Shown one piece after another: positions 63,318 through 64,000 of a stretch of DNA of 64,000 nt. Each line of letters opens with the position of its first letter. Positions within the stretch are counted from its first letter, which is position 1. A model generated the notes under the pieces. The model was given only the letters and a program-made list of their open reading frames with translations. It was not told the origin of the DNA and made no database searches. The position numbers were made by a program, and so were the translations under genes. Source of the DNA: Camelus dromedarius (Eukaryota); NCBI RefSeq assembly GCF_036321535.1, contig NC_087436.1, positions 44,394,001-44,458,000 on the forward strand. Reading direction: 5' to 3'.

Positions 63318-64000
63318 AGAGGTGGAATCAAAATGGCAGAGTAGGAAGACCCTGAGCCTCTTCTCGTGGACACACCAAAACTACAACTACATATAGAAGA
63401 ACTCTCTCTGAGAACAACCTGAGAACTAGCGGAACAACTCTTTTACAATTAAGGATATAAAGAAAAAACATTGAGATGGTTAAAGGGGAAGACAAGTGAT
63501 CTAGTCAGGACCTACCCAGACCTGGGAACCAGCACTGAGAACTGGAGCCTCCTTTCCTGGTTTTGAAAAGTAGCAGGGCTTATTATGACGTGGAGAGCTG
63601 GAGGGCTATAGGTAATCAAGACTCTGCTTTTAAATTCTTGTGCACATAAGTTTACTTATTCCAAGTCCCAGTGCAAAGGGAGTATTTGGAGCTCTCGATC
63701 GCCTGCTAAAGTCACCTCAGAATGCCCCCCAACCCACATCCAGCTCTGGCTCCAACCACCTTGCCAAAGTGGTAATCTTTGGCCTGCCTTGAGAGAAACC
63801 CTGACCAGGGAAGGGCTCTGGCTTCAGTTGCTTCCCCCAACCTCCCTGCCAAAGTGGTAGCTTCTGGCATGCCCCTGGAGAAGCCTTAGCCCACCCCAGG
63901 CTCCAGCTCCTCCAACCCCCACCAAGGTGGCAGCCCATGGTGCATGCTGGGCTCTGTATTCAGCTCACCTCGCCAATGTGCTGGTCCTGTCACACCCTGG
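63318..64000 (+). mobile_element. L1 5' UTR (laurasiatherian/L1M-type 5' end), runs off window
   Basis: GAGGTGGAATCAAAATGGCAGAGTAGGAAGACCCTGAGC...GGACACACCAAAACTACAACTACATATAGAA matches recalled L1 5' termini including the YY1-like AAAATGGC; abrupt GC rise. Confidence 0.8.

Noticed and set aside
17018..64000. Excess of minus-strand L1 copies as evidence for a + strand host gene
   Set aside because: Too few elements (about 6 minus vs 3 plus) to be significant; needs a skew computation or annotation
1..64000. CRISPR arrays, operons or other prokaryotic systems
   Set aside because: Sequence is mammalian; no regularly spaced direct repeats or dense coding regions

Overview
AT-rich mammalian DNA, most likely camelid (camel/alpaca/llama): it carries a Vic-1-type tRNA-derived SINE and camelid/artiodactyl-type L1 3' ends. 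I recognise no known protein-coding gene, tRNA, rRNA or snRNA. The six-frame ORFs are short and are either chance frames or repeat-derived (L1 ORF2 C-terminus at about 21.0-21.6 kb). The window is a mosaic of old interspersed repeats (MIR, L2, L1M, MLT1, LTR33, Tigger, Charlie, Tip100) and unique blocks dense in developmental TF motifs, which fits a large intron or gene desert with enhancers. Best leads: a decayed palindrome at about 34.7 kb, homeodomain-site clusters at 13.9 and 24.3 kb, a possible 58-nt micro-intron at 18.9 kb, and phase-compatible minus-strand exon candidates. None can be established as a novel system from sequence alone. Repeat subfamily names come from recalled consensus sequences, not a database search, and boundaries are approximate.
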